DNA of 64,000 nt from Acidobacteriota bacterium. Lineage in GTDB: Bacteria > Acidobacteriota > UBA890 > WLXD01. The stretch is from the NCBI GenBank assembly GCA_963666055.2, contig CAXWPH010000007.1:128001-192000 (forward strand), read 5' to 3'. A program made the translations under genes and the position numbers. Below are positions 9,820 to 18,427 of this stretch, piece after piece. Every line of letters begins with the position of its first letter. Within the stretch, counting starts at the first letter, position 1. The notes below the pieces were generated by a model. The model had not been told where the DNA came from. It searched no databases and saw only the letters and a program-made list of their open reading frames with translations.

Positions 9820-10023
9820 CTAGGACAGACACCGTGAACACCCATTGCGCTTGATGACGTTGCGGATGGCATCGACCGCGTACCAGAGCCGGCCACAGTT
9901 CTCGCAGATCGTCCACAAGTAGACGCGGCCGGGGTGCTGCTTCTGCACGTAGACGATTCGGCCGGGAGCCAGGCGCATTATCGGCGCTGCCTGCGGATCC
10001 CGCGCAATCTGCCACTTGTCCAC
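9820..10023 (-). CDS. Small putative zinc-finger protein
   Basis: CENC...CSRC pair; GGGGG before the GTG start; 67 aa. Confidence 0.45.
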   Translation of the reverse strand: MDKWQIARDPQAAPIMRLAPGRIVYVQKQHPGRVYLWTICENCGRLWYAVDAIRNVIKRNGCSRCLS

Positions 10024-10448
10024 AACCCCCTAATTGTCGCACACCCGCCACGGGATACCCGGACGACTCGCCTAGCTCCGTCCTTCGAGCGCACAACGGA
10101 GGCTCGTGTCGCGGCACTATCCGGCTGGGGCGCTGTGGGTCTAGGATGGGTGCAAGCCCCTTGGCGCGGGACGAGACATAGAAGAGCGGCCGCTGCCGGG
10201 CAGCCGCGCGCTAGCTATCGATATGCCTGGCCGTAGACCACAGCGGCGCCAGCGTCTCGCGTTGAGGGGTGGGGCCGCGCATGCTCGCTCGAGGATGTAG
10301 CCCACCCCGAGCTCGCGTCGCTCCCCCTGGTCCCCCTCCGCTGTCGGCGCATCCCTGCGTTGCTTTCACAAGCAATCGACCGACAGAGGGGTCGGGGGTG
10401 GGGGAGGTCTAGCGGAACCTAGCGAGCGAGAGGGCGTACCCAACGCAC

Positions 10449-10691
10449 ATGTTGTTAGAAAATCCCGAGAAATACGGGCTAGGGGAAAGCTGCTTTGCAG
10501 CACAGCCAACCTCCGATAAAAAGCACTCTAATGAGCTTTTTGTAGCTAATTGCACTACGATACGGGACACCGTGCGGATGGCAGAGGCGCCCTACTACCG
10601 CGAGTCGATCATTACCTACGACAACACCGGCACCGGGTCCGAGGACTACCGGGCACTGGCAATCGAATTTGAACGGAGGGCAAGGAGATGA
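10449..10691 (+). pseudogene. ParA/Soj ATPase C-terminal fragment
   Basis: TTIRDTVRMAEAPYYRESIITYDNTGTGSEDYRALAIEF is a typical ParA C-terminus; no Walker A region upstream. Confidence 0.75.
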
Positions 10692-11086
10692 CGGCACGCC
10701 GTGTCGGGCTTCAACCACACGCTGTCGACGAAGCTGAGCTAAGGGCCGCAGAGAGAGTCATCGCCGCCACCAAGAAGAAGGCGAGCACCAGAGCCGCGAC
10801 CCATGAAGAGGGCGAGGCACCCCCGCAGACGCCGTACTCGTTCCGACTGACCCCGGCGACCGTCGACAGCGTTCGCGATGCCGTGGTCTACCTCGAGACG
10901 TTGACGAAGGCTTCCGCGGCTGGGCTGACCGACAAGAAAGCACCGAAGAAAGCGTTGGGCATGAGCGAGTTTGTGGACGCTGCTCTCGTCGACTACGTGA
11001 ACCGGATGGCGAAGCGCTACAACGGGGGCGAAGCGTTCCCGGCTCGATCTGCTAACCCGAAGCCGGGTCGCCGAGTCGGACAATGA
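10688..11086 (+). CDS. Centromere-binding ribbon-helix-helix protein (ParB_C / type Ib partner)
   Basis: Coupled to the parA fragment (ATGA overlap); YSFRL..VRDAV..MSEFVDAAL..RYNGGEAFP..PGR resembles the ParB_C family. Confidence 0.6.
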   Translation: MTARRVGLQPHAVDEAELRAAERVIAATKKKASTRAATHEEGEAPPQTPYSFRLTPATVDSVRDAVVYLETLTKASAAGLTDKKAPKKALGMSEFVDAALVDYVNRMAKRYNGGEAFPARSANPKPGRRVGQ

Positions 11087-11563
11087 GCGACCAGGACGTT
11101 AGCGAGTTGGTCGCCAGGGTAGGGCAAGCTAGAGCGCGACAACAAGCGGTTGAAGCTAGCCGGCGGTGGCGCGGTGGCGGTGCTGCTCGCCGTTGCGCTG
11201 GTCGGTGCGGTGATGCCGCAGGAGATTCCCGACGCAATCGACGCCAGGATATTTCGCGTGTTCGATGAGACCGGAAAGATGCGCGCTGCGTTGTCCGCTG
11301 ATGGCATCTGGTTCGACGATGAGAGCGGGACGCGGCGAGCCTCGATGGACACCGACGGCATCCGCTACACCGACGAGAACGGCACTACGCGCAGCACGGT
11401 GGGCGCGTTTGGCTTCGACTACTTCGACGAGAACGGCAAGACGCGGGCTCAACTTGGCCGCACCGTGATCGTCACGACATCAACCGGAGCAGAGACTACC
11501 TACCCGGCAACGATGGTCCTGTACGACGCCGAGTTCAAGGTCATCTGGCAGGCACCTCGGTAA
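11083..11563 (+). pseudogene. Membrane-anchored hypothetical protein with GIxFxDENGxxR repeats; +1 frameshift near 11122
   Basis: Removing one G from GTAGGGCAAG joins MSDQDVSELVARVG to KLERDNKRLKLAGGGAVAVLL (11150 frame). Confidence 0.65.
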
Positions 11564-11633
11564 GAAAAGCTATAAGCGAGACGACAGCGTACCGACGCGC
11601 AAATAAGCCAACGAACGATCCCCTTGAGGAACG

Positions 11634-11735
11634 ATGACCATGCGACGCCCTGATATCGTCGAGATCACACCCGTACTGATATTGATAACGCCGCTCGTAC
11701 TGCTCGCCGGACTGCTGCTACGGCACCTCGTATGA
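11634..11735 (+). CDS. 33-aa hydrophobic peptide
   Basis: GAGGA RBS; MTMRRPDIVEITPVLILITPLVLLAGLLLRHLV*; below the ORF track cutoff. Confidence 0.35.
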   Translation: MTMRRPDIVEITPVLILITPLVLLAGLLLRHLV

Positions 11736-11996
11736 GGCTTCGTTTCTAGCAGGCCGTATGCGCTTTCGAACCACGGGCTGTGCGCAGCGGGGGAATACGT
11801 GCCATCGCCTGACGCGCTGCATGTGTTGCCAGGACCGAACGGGGCCGCAACGCGAGCTCGGGGTGGGCTACATCCTCGAGCTCGCATGCGAGACCCCTCA
11901 ACGCGAGGCGCTCTTCGCCGCTGTGGTTCTCAGGTCGCCAGCGGCGGTGGACCGGCACCGTCAGCGTCCCGCGCCAAGGGGCAACACCATCCTAGA

Positions 11997-12363
11997 CCCC
12001 CCCCCCCCCCCCCCGCACACCGACCAGGTAGTGCCATAGCGAACAGCGTAGCGCTGGCTCACGCTACGTCAAATCCGACACCTATAAAAAGGACCTGAGG
12101 CCACAGCTACCGAGCGGCGTAGCGCTGGGCACAACCTTCCAAATTCGACACCCTTAAAAAGGGGGCTCAGTAGCGAAGGGAACCTTTTTCTCTGCTCCGT
12201 CTGCAGCACCCTCACGCTTTGTCAAATTTGACGACATTAAAAAGGAGCTCAGCGCGCCCTTCGCTTTGAAGCCTTTACTTCTCAGTGGCTTGGCGGGGTG
12301 CGTCGGTGTGCTGGTGGAATAGCAAATTGCAACTCGCGGGGGGGGGGGGGGGGGGGGGGGGGG
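11997..12363. repeat. C18 and G26 tracts enclosing three iteron-like repeats
   Basis: C18 11997-12014; G26 12338-12363; CAAATYYGAC..TAAAAAGG at 12070, 12140 and 12223; IR GCACACCGAC 12015 / GTCGGTGTGC 12302. Confidence 0.8.
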
Positions 12364-13166
12364 CACTGTCAAGTTAACTGCGCGACGCTCGGATTTGGGC
12401 AAGTTCTGGCCCTGGAGTTGGGTTCCTTCAGGCGGTGACTACCGCACTCCAGGTCCCAAGAGCACTAGTGCGAAGTACCCGGTAGTCCGCGGATCGTAAT
12501 CGGTGCCGGCTCAGGTTGAAAAGATTCCGGACGACACCGTGTACGGACAGAAACCGTTGAGCTTGAGCCGCAGACTTGAACCTCCGCATCTGTCGTTCGC
12601 GCTGCCGAGTCGGCTGATGTGAGAGCTCTGCACGGTTGTTCGCATAGCGCTTGGTGACGTGCTCCACCGTGGGCATCACACTCCGGTGCGCGGCCCCGTA
12701 GCTTCTTAGCTTGTCGGTGGTCAACCATCGGGGTTCGCTCCCCTCCCCTTTCAGCAACTTGCGGAAGAATCGCGTGGCGGCGTGAGCGTTGCGACGTCGT
12801 TGGACCAGAATGTCGATCACGTCACCGTCTTGATCGACCGCCCGCCACAGATAGTGGCGCTCCCCGCGAATGCTGACGAAGACCTCGTCCAAGAACCAGG
12901 TGTCTCCGAGCCGACCTTGCCGCCGACGAAGCCTCCGGGCGTACTCCAGGCCGAACTTCGTGCACCAGTACCGGATGGCCTCGTACGAGACGGTGACACC
13001 TCGCTTCGCCAGGAGATCTTCGACGTCTCGGAGGCTCAAGCCAAACCGGTGATACAGCCAAACGGCGTGGCTGATGATCTCGGGCGGGAAGCGGTGCCGA
13101 CGGTAGCTCAGCCGATCATTGCTCATAGGCGAACGGTGCCAGGCAGTACGTTAACTTGACAGTGCC
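12362..13166 (-). mobile_element. IS6-family insertion sequence, 805 bp
   Basis: Perfect 17-bp TIRs GGCACTGTCAAGTTAAC (12362-12378) / GTTAACTTGACAGTGCC (13150-13166); no target duplication. Confidence 0.95.
12428..13126 (-). CDS. IS6-family DDE transposase
   Basis: YRRHRFPPEII..AVWLY, WFLDEVFV, LWRAVDQDG, TTDKL, NNRAELSH. Confidence 0.95.
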   Translation of the reverse strand: MSNDRLSYRRHRFPPEIISHAVWLYHRFGLSLRDVEDLLAKRGVTVSYEAIRYWCTKFGLEYARRLRRRQGRLGDTWFLDEVFVSIRGERHYLWRAVDQDGDVIDILVQRRRNAHAATRFFRKLLKGEGSEPRWLTTDKLRSYGAAHRSVMPTVEHVTKRYANNRAELSHQPTRQRERQMRRFKSAAQAQRFLSVHGVVRNLFNLSRHRLRSADYRVLRTSALGTWSAVVTA

Positions 13167-13175
13167 TGAGTCCGC

Positions 13176-14855
13176 TCAGTGCTTAGTCAGCTTGCGGTAC
13201 TTGATGCGGTGCGGCTGATCGGCCTCGCGACCTTTGCGGCGCTTGTAGTCGGCCTCGTAATCCTGGTAGTTGCCGGCGAACCACTCCACGTGGCTGTCGC
13301 CCTCGAAGGCGAGAATGTGGGTGGCAACGCGGTCGAGAAACCAGCGGTCGTGGCTGATGATCACCGCACAGCCGGCGAAATCGAGCAGGGCTTCCTCGAG
13401 AGCGCGCAGGGTATCGACGTCGAGGTCGTTGGTGGGCTCATCCAGCAGCACCACGTTGGCGGCCGACTTCAGCACCCGGGCCAAGTGAACCCTGTTGCGC
13501 TCACCGCCCGAGAGCATCGACACCTTCTTTTGCTGATCACCACCCTTGAAGTTGAAGCTCGCCACATAGGCTCGGGAGTTCACCTCTCGCTTGCCGAGGG
13601 TGACGTAATCCCGACCCTCCGAGATGGCCTCCCAGACGTTCTGATCTGGCTGCAGCACATCGCGGGACTGATCGACGTAGCCGAACACCGCGGTCTCGCC
13701 CAAGCGTAGCTTTCCGGCGTCGGGCTCCTCGCTGCCGGTGATCATGCGAAAAAGCGTGGTCTTTCCGGCACCGTTGGGTCCCACGACGCCGACGATCCCG
13801 GCCGGCGGCAGCTGGAAGGAGAGGTCATCGATCAGCAGCCGGTCGCCGAAGCCCTTCGATAGATGATCGGCCTCGATCACCACGTCGCCGAGGCGCGGGC
13901 CCGGCGGGATAAAGATCTCCACCGTCTCGGGAATGCGCTCATTGCCCTCCTGGCGCAGCTTCTCGTAGGCGCTCAGCCGCGCCTTGCCCTTGGCCTGGCG
14001 AGCGCGGGGCGCCATGCGCACCCACTCGAGCTCGCGGCGCAAGGTGCGCTCGTGGGCCCGGTTCTTCCTCTGCTCCTGCGCCATCCGCAGCTGCTTCTGC
14101 TCCAGCCAGGAGGAGTAGTTGCCCTCCCACGGGATACCGGCACCGCGATCGAGCTCGAGAATCCAGCCGGCGACGTTGTCGAGAAAGTACCGGTCGTGGG
14201 TGATGGCAACCACCGATCCCGGGTAGTCCTTGAGATGGCGTTCGAGCCAGGCGACCGACTCGGCATCTAGGTGATTGGTGGGCTCGTCGAGCAACAGCAG
14301 ATCGGGCTTCTGCAACAGCAGCCGGCAGAGGGCGACGCGGCGGATCTCGCCTCCCGACAGCGTGGTGACGTCGGCGTCACCGGGTGGGCAGCGGAGCGCA
14401 TCCATGGCGATCTCGAGGGTCGATTCGAGGTCCCAGCCGTTGACCGCCTCGATCTTGTCCTGCAGCTTGCCCTGCTCGTCGAGCAGCTTGGTCATCTCGT
14501 CGGGATCGAGGTCGGGATCGGCGAACTTGTCGCTCACCTCGTTGAAGCGATCCAGCAAACCCTTGACGTCGGCCATCCCCTCCATGACGTTCTCGAGGAC
14601 GGTCTTGGAGGGATCCAGCTGTGGCTCCTGTGGCAGGAGCCCGACCGTGGCCTTCTTGTCGAGAAACGCCTGACCGTCGAAATCGGTCTCGACGCCCGCC
14701 ATGATGCGCAGCAGGGTCGACTTGCCGGCGCCGTTGTGACCGAGCACGCCGATCTTGGCGCCCCAGAAGAACGACAGCCAGATTCCCTTGAGAATCTCGC
14801 GATTGGGCGGCACCCGCTTCTTGAGGTCCTGCATGGTGAAGATGATGTCGGGCAT
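13176..14855 (-). CDS. ettA: Energy-dependent translational throttle protein EttA (ABC-F)
   Basis: Two ABC domains (GHNGAGKST, GPNGAGKTT), GIPWEGNYSSWLEQK, ELEWVR, C-terminal PHRIKYRKL. Confidence 0.95.
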   Translation of the reverse strand: MPDIIFTMQDLKKRVPPNREILKGIWLSFFWGAKIGVLGHNGAGKSTLLRIMAGVETDFDGQAFLDKKATVGLLPQEPQLDPSKTVLENVMEGMADVKGLLDRFNEVSDKFADPDLDPDEMTKLLDEQGKLQDKIEAVNGWDLESTLEIAMDALRCPPGDADVTTLSGGEIRRVALCRLLLQKPDLLLLDEPTNHLDAESVAWLERHLKDYPGSVVAITHDRYFLDNVAGWILELDRGAGIPWEGNYSSWLEQKQLRMAQEQRKNRAHERTLRRELEWVRMAPRARQAKGKARLSAYEKLRQEGNERIPETVEIFIPPGPRLGDVVIEADHLSKGFGDRLLIDDLSFQLPPAGIVGVVGPNGAGKTTLFRMITGSEEPDAGKLRLGETAVFGYVDQSRDVLQPDQNVWEAISEGRDYVTLGKREVNSRAYVASFNFKGGDQQKKVSMLSGGERNRVHLARVLKSAANVVLLDEPTNDLDVDTLRALEEALLDFAGCAVIISHDRWFLDRVATHILAFEGDSHVEWFAGNYQDYEADYKRRKGREADQPHRIKYRKLTKH

Positions 14856-14982
14856 TAGTGTCCTGAGTGGTGCCTCGGTTGACGTGCCCTCCCGATAACG
14901 GAGAGGCTGGGACCGCACAGCTGTGAAAGCCTAGTACGGGCAGCGATACGTTATTCGCCGAAAACCGAGTGAGGAGCCTTCA

Positions 14983-16722
14983 ATGACGGATATGACTCGC
15001 GGTGCGTTCCTCGGCCTCGGTGCTGCCGCCGCAGCAGCGGCCGCGACGACAATCGGAACGGGCCGCGGCGCCAGCGCCCGTACCAGCGAAGCGAGCGGCA
15101 CAACTACAGGTCAGGGCGCGGCGCCGAGCACAGGGTCGCGCATGAGGCCGGATCTCGTGGTCACCAACGGTCGCGTGCTCACCGGCGATGCGCGGCAGCC
15201 GCTCGCCGAGGCGTTCGCTGTTCACCGCGATAGGTTCGTCGCTGTCGGCAGCACCGACGAGGTCTCCAACCTGATCGGGCCCGAAACCGAGGTGATCGAC
15301 GCCTCCGGCATGTGCGTCACGCCGGGGTTCGTCGACGCGCACTCGCACCCGCTGTGGGGTGGTCTGGCGGCGCTGATCAGCGTCGATACCAACCTCGGGA
15401 GCATTCAGCGCATTCAGGATGCGCTCTCAGCACGAGCCCGAGAGACCGAGCCGGGCGAGTGGGTCGTCGGCTTCATGTACGACGACACCAAGCTCAGCGA
15501 AGGGCGCCCGCTGGATCGCCGCGACCTCGACGAGGCGGTGCCCGACCATCCGGTGTTCGTCGGCCACCGAGGCGGCCACACCGCGGTGGTCAACAGCGCT
15601 GCGTTCGACGCCGCCGGGATAACCGTCGCCACGCCAGATCCGCGCGGCGGCACGATCTATCGCGACAACGGCGAGCTCACCGGCAGGATTGCCGGGCCCG
15701 CCCTCGACCCGTTCCAGGCCTTGCTTCCCGATCCGTCGAGCCGCGAGCAGCGGCAGGCGGCGGTGAAGCTCATCTCCGGGCTGATGAGCGCTACCGGGTT
15801 GACCTCGGTGCACGCCGCCGGCGTCGGGTCGGCTGCTTTCATTGCTTTCCAGGACGCCCGAGCGGCCGGGGAGCTCGGCTTCCGCGCCAACCTGTTTGCC
15901 AACGCCGACGCCTACCCGAGCTTCCGGGCATCAGGCATTCGCAGCGGCCTGGGCGACGAGTGGCTGCGCCTCGGGCCGGTGAAGTACGTCGCCGACGGTT
16001 CAGCCTCGGAGCGCACCATGCGCATGAGCACACCGTACATGGGACGGGCCGACGACTACGGCATCCTGTACATGTCGCAGGAGGAGATCCACGAGGCCGT
16101 GGAGGACGCCCACCGCGCCGGCTGGCAGGTGGCGATTCACGCCAACGGCGATGTGACCATCGACATGGTCCTTCAAGCCTACGAACGCGTGCAGGAGCTA
16201 TGGCCGCGTGACGATGCGCGGCATCGCATCGAGCACTGCTCGCTGGTGAACCCCGGTCTCTTGCAGCGCATCAAGGATGGCGGCGTCATCCCCGCCCCCT
16301 TCTACACCTACGCCCACTTCCACGGCCACAAGTGGGTCGAGTATGGGCAAGAGAAGATGGAGTGGATGTTCGCCCACCGCTCGTTCCTGGAGTACAGCAT
16401 ACCGGTGGCACCGGCGTCCGACTGGACCCCCGGTCCGTTCCAGCCGCTCATGGCGATCCAGAGCATGGTGACGCGCAAGGACTACGACGGCCGTGTCTGG
16501 GGGCCGAGCCAGCGCATCAGCGTCGACCAGGCGCTGAAGATCTGCACCATGCACGGTGCTTACGCCTCGTTCGAGGAGAACCTCAAGGGTTCGATCACCG
16601 TTGGCAAGCTGGCCGATTTCGTGCTGCTCGCCGCCGACCCGCACGACGTCGACCCGGACACGATCAAGGAGATCCCGGTACTGCGCACCGTGGTCGGAGG
16701 GCAGACTCGATGGCGCGCGTAG
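14983..16722 (+). CDS. Amidohydrolase family 3 (YtcJ-like) with Tat-like leader
   Basis: PGFVDAHSH, KYVADGS, AIHANGD, RIEHCS, GKLADFVLL; leader MTRGAFLG. Confidence 0.9.
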   Translation: MTDMTRGAFLGLGAAAAAAAATTIGTGRGASARTSEASGTTTGQGAAPSTGSRMRPDLVVTNGRVLTGDARQPLAEAFAVHRDRFVAVGSTDEVSNLIGPETEVIDASGMCVTPGFVDAHSHPLWGGLAALISVDTNLGSIQRIQDALSARARETEPGEWVVGFMYDDTKLSEGRPLDRRDLDEAVPDHPVFVGHRGGHTAVVNSAAFDAAGITVATPDPRGGTIYRDNGELTGRIAGPALDPFQALLPDPSSREQRQAAVKLISGLMSATGLTSVHAAGVGSAAFIAFQDARAAGELGFRANLFANADAYPSFRASGIRSGLGDEWLRLGPVKYVADGSASERTMRMSTPYMGRADDYGILYMSQEEIHEAVEDAHRAGWQVAIHANGDVTIDMVLQAYERVQELWPRDDARHRIEHCSLVNPGLLQRIKDGGVIPAPFYTYAHFHGHKWVEYGQEKMEWMFAHRSFLEYSIPVAPASDWTPGPFQPLMAIQSMVTRKDYDGRVWGPSQRISVDQALKICTMHGAYASFEENLKGSITVGKLADFVLLAADPHDVDPDTIKEIPVLRTVVGGQTRWRA

Positions 16723-16763
16723 GCTCACGGTACGCCGCGGCGCTACAGAGAATCGAAATTAGA

Positions 16764-17234
16764 TTGAGCCGCCGATACGAGCGTGCAGCGACGGGATCGG
16801 CGCGAACGCGCCTGGTCGCGCTTGCATCGATGGCGACGATGCTCACGGCCTGCGCCAGCCCGGGGCGGAGCGTAAGCGTGCACACACCGACGTGGACGTG
16901 TCCGGCACCTCTCGAGCCTTACCTCCGTGCGGCGCTGTACATGAGTGGTCGCAACACCGACGGGCTCGCGGATGACCGGTGGGAACAGCTCGTCAACGAG
17001 GTTCTCATCCGACACTTCCCGGGCGGCGCAACGGTACTGGAAACCAGGGGTTGGTGGCAGCGGAGCAACGGCGGCGCGGCAACAAGCGCCGGCCGCACGA
17101 TCGTCATCCTGCACCCGCTCGCGGAACGCGATTCGTTCGTCGAGGCCGTGGAGATGGTCATTGCAGAGATCAAGGAGCGCTTCAACCACCGATCCGTTCT
17201 GTGGGAGGAGGCCCGCGTCTGTGCAACGTTCTGA
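16764..17234 (+). CDS. DUF3574-like lipoprotein
   Basis: Lipobox MLTAC; RHFPGGATVLETRGWW...ERFNHRSVL..VCATF; start uncertain. Confidence 0.65.
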   Translation: MSRRYERAATGSARTRLVALASMATMLTACASPGRSVSVHTPTWTCPAPLEPYLRAALYMSGRNTDGLADDRWEQLVNEVLIRHFPGGATVLETRGWWQRSNGGAATSAGRTIVILHPLAERDSFVEAVEMVIAEIKERFNHRSVLWEEARVCATF

Positions 17235-17269
17235 GGCTGCTTGCGAGCGACAATGCCCAGGAGGATGAG

Positions 17270-17584
17270 ATGAGAAAGTTGTATCTGGCGTTCGCCATCG
17301 TCGGCGCGGTAATTCCGTACGTCTTCTTCTTCGAGTTCTTCTCGACCCAAGGCACCCGGCTTCCGGACTTCATCGCCGCCCTCTTCGTGAACGGCGCCGC
17401 CGGTGGTTTTTCCGCCGACCTGGTCATCACCTCCGCGGTGTTCTGGGTGTTCATGTTCAAGCAGCAGCAGCGCGGGAAGGGCCCGAATCCGATTCCCTAC
17501 ATCGTCGTCAACCTGCTGATCGGTCTTTCCTGCGCGCTCCCTGGATACCTGTACCTGAGGGAGCGCCGGAACGAATCGGCGTGA
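17270..17584 (+). CDS. DUF2834-like small membrane protein
   Basis: GGAGG RBS; three TM helices; LIGLSCALPGYLYLRE. Confidence 0.7.
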   Translation: MRKLYLAFAIVGAVIPYVFFFEFFSTQGTRLPDFIAALFVNGAAGGFSADLVITSAVFWVFMFKQQQRGKGPNPIPYIVVNLLIGLSCALPGYLYLRERRNESA

Positions 17585-17618
17585 CAGCGGCAGGAGTGTT
17601 GCCGCCCGTCGGGGTTGC

Positions 17619-18149
17619 GTGATGCGCGAGGGGCGTGTCTCGCCGGACGGGTCATCGGCACTCTTGATCGAGGGGATGTTGCCGGCTGATTGGGAGGCGG
17701 TGCGCAAGATATACGGCGACGGCATCGCCACGGGCGATGCGACGTTCGAGACCGAGGTTCTGTCTGAGCCCGACTGGGACCGAGCCCATCTGCAGGAGTG
17801 TCGGCTGGTGGCCCGCGCCGACGATCGCGTTGTCGGTTGGGCCGCACTGAGCCGGGTATCCGATCGGCAGGTGTACTGCGGCGTTGCTGAGGTGAGCGTC
17901 TACGTGGCCACAGCGGCACGGGGGCGCGGCATCGGGTTGAGGTTGCTTCGTGCCCTCGTCGAAGCCTCGGAGCGAGCCGGCGTGTGGACATTGCAGGCCG
18001 GCGTCTTTCCGGAGAACGACGCCAGCCTGCGGCTACACGAGGCGTGTGGATTTCGACGGGTAGGCACGAGGTACCGGTTGGGAGAGCTGAGACAACAGTG
18101 GCGCGACGTCGTGCTACTCGAGCGCCGCAGCGAGGTCGTCGGGATATGA
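17619..18149 (+). CDS. GNAT acetyltransferase (phosphinothricin acetyltransferase-like)
   Basis: IYGDGIATGDATFET, EVSVYV..ARGRGIG, FPENDASLRLH..GFRRVG, WRDVVLLERRS. Confidence 0.9.
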   Translation: MMREGRVSPDGSSALLIEGMLPADWEAVRKIYGDGIATGDATFETEVLSEPDWDRAHLQECRLVARADDRVVGWAALSRVSDRQVYCGVAEVSVYVATAARGRGIGLRLLRALVEASERAGVWTLQAGVFPENDASLRLHEACGFRRVGTRYRLGELRQQWRDVVLLERRSEVVGI

Positions 18150-18427
18150 GAAGAACATGGGGTTCGCTCGACGCTTGGATCTTCAGGCCCGGCGCACCGG
18201 CGATGGTGGCGACGCAACCGCCCCTCGACCGACTCATCGAGCACGGATTCGACATTGCTTGCGGCGACTGGCGTGGCGCCGAGCTGACCATGCCCAGCGA
18301 GCATCCGTGGACGCAGCCGCTCGCACAGGCACTTCGTGCAGGACACGCACAGATCGCCGAGCTGCTCTCCGGTGACTTGGAACGGACGCGCCTCCCCGGG
18401 CCAGATTCCGCATCGAGGGAATCGTGA
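18146..18427 (+). pseudogene. Possible ankyrin-repeat remnant
   Basis: TQPLAQALRAGHAQIAELL resembles the ankyrin TPLxxAxxxGHxxIxxLL pattern; ORF overlaps both neighbours by 4 nt. Confidence 0.35.

Larger units (their letters stand above)
7898..9824 (+). repeat. Four dispersed direct copies of (GC)TCTCCCGTGGTGAGAGCCGA(T/C)CTATTCCG(CTAGG)
   Basis: Copies at 7898-7943, 8241-8269, 8732-8777 and 9789-9824; internal hairpin GCTCTC-N7-GAGAGC. Confidence 0.95.
10237..11927. repeat. ~95-bp imperfect inverted repeats (10237-10333 and 11832-11927) with a 32-bp perfect core
   Basis: GCTCGAGGATGTAGCCCACCCCGAGCTCGCGT at 10287-10318 is the exact reverse complement of 11850-11881; flanking similarity extends to ACCACAGCGGCG. 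Confidence 0.9.

Noticed and set aside
7898-9824. CRISPR array or integron attC array
   Set aside because: Spacings of 340-1060 bp, no cas or intI genes in the window, and no RYYYAAC/GTTRRRY boxes
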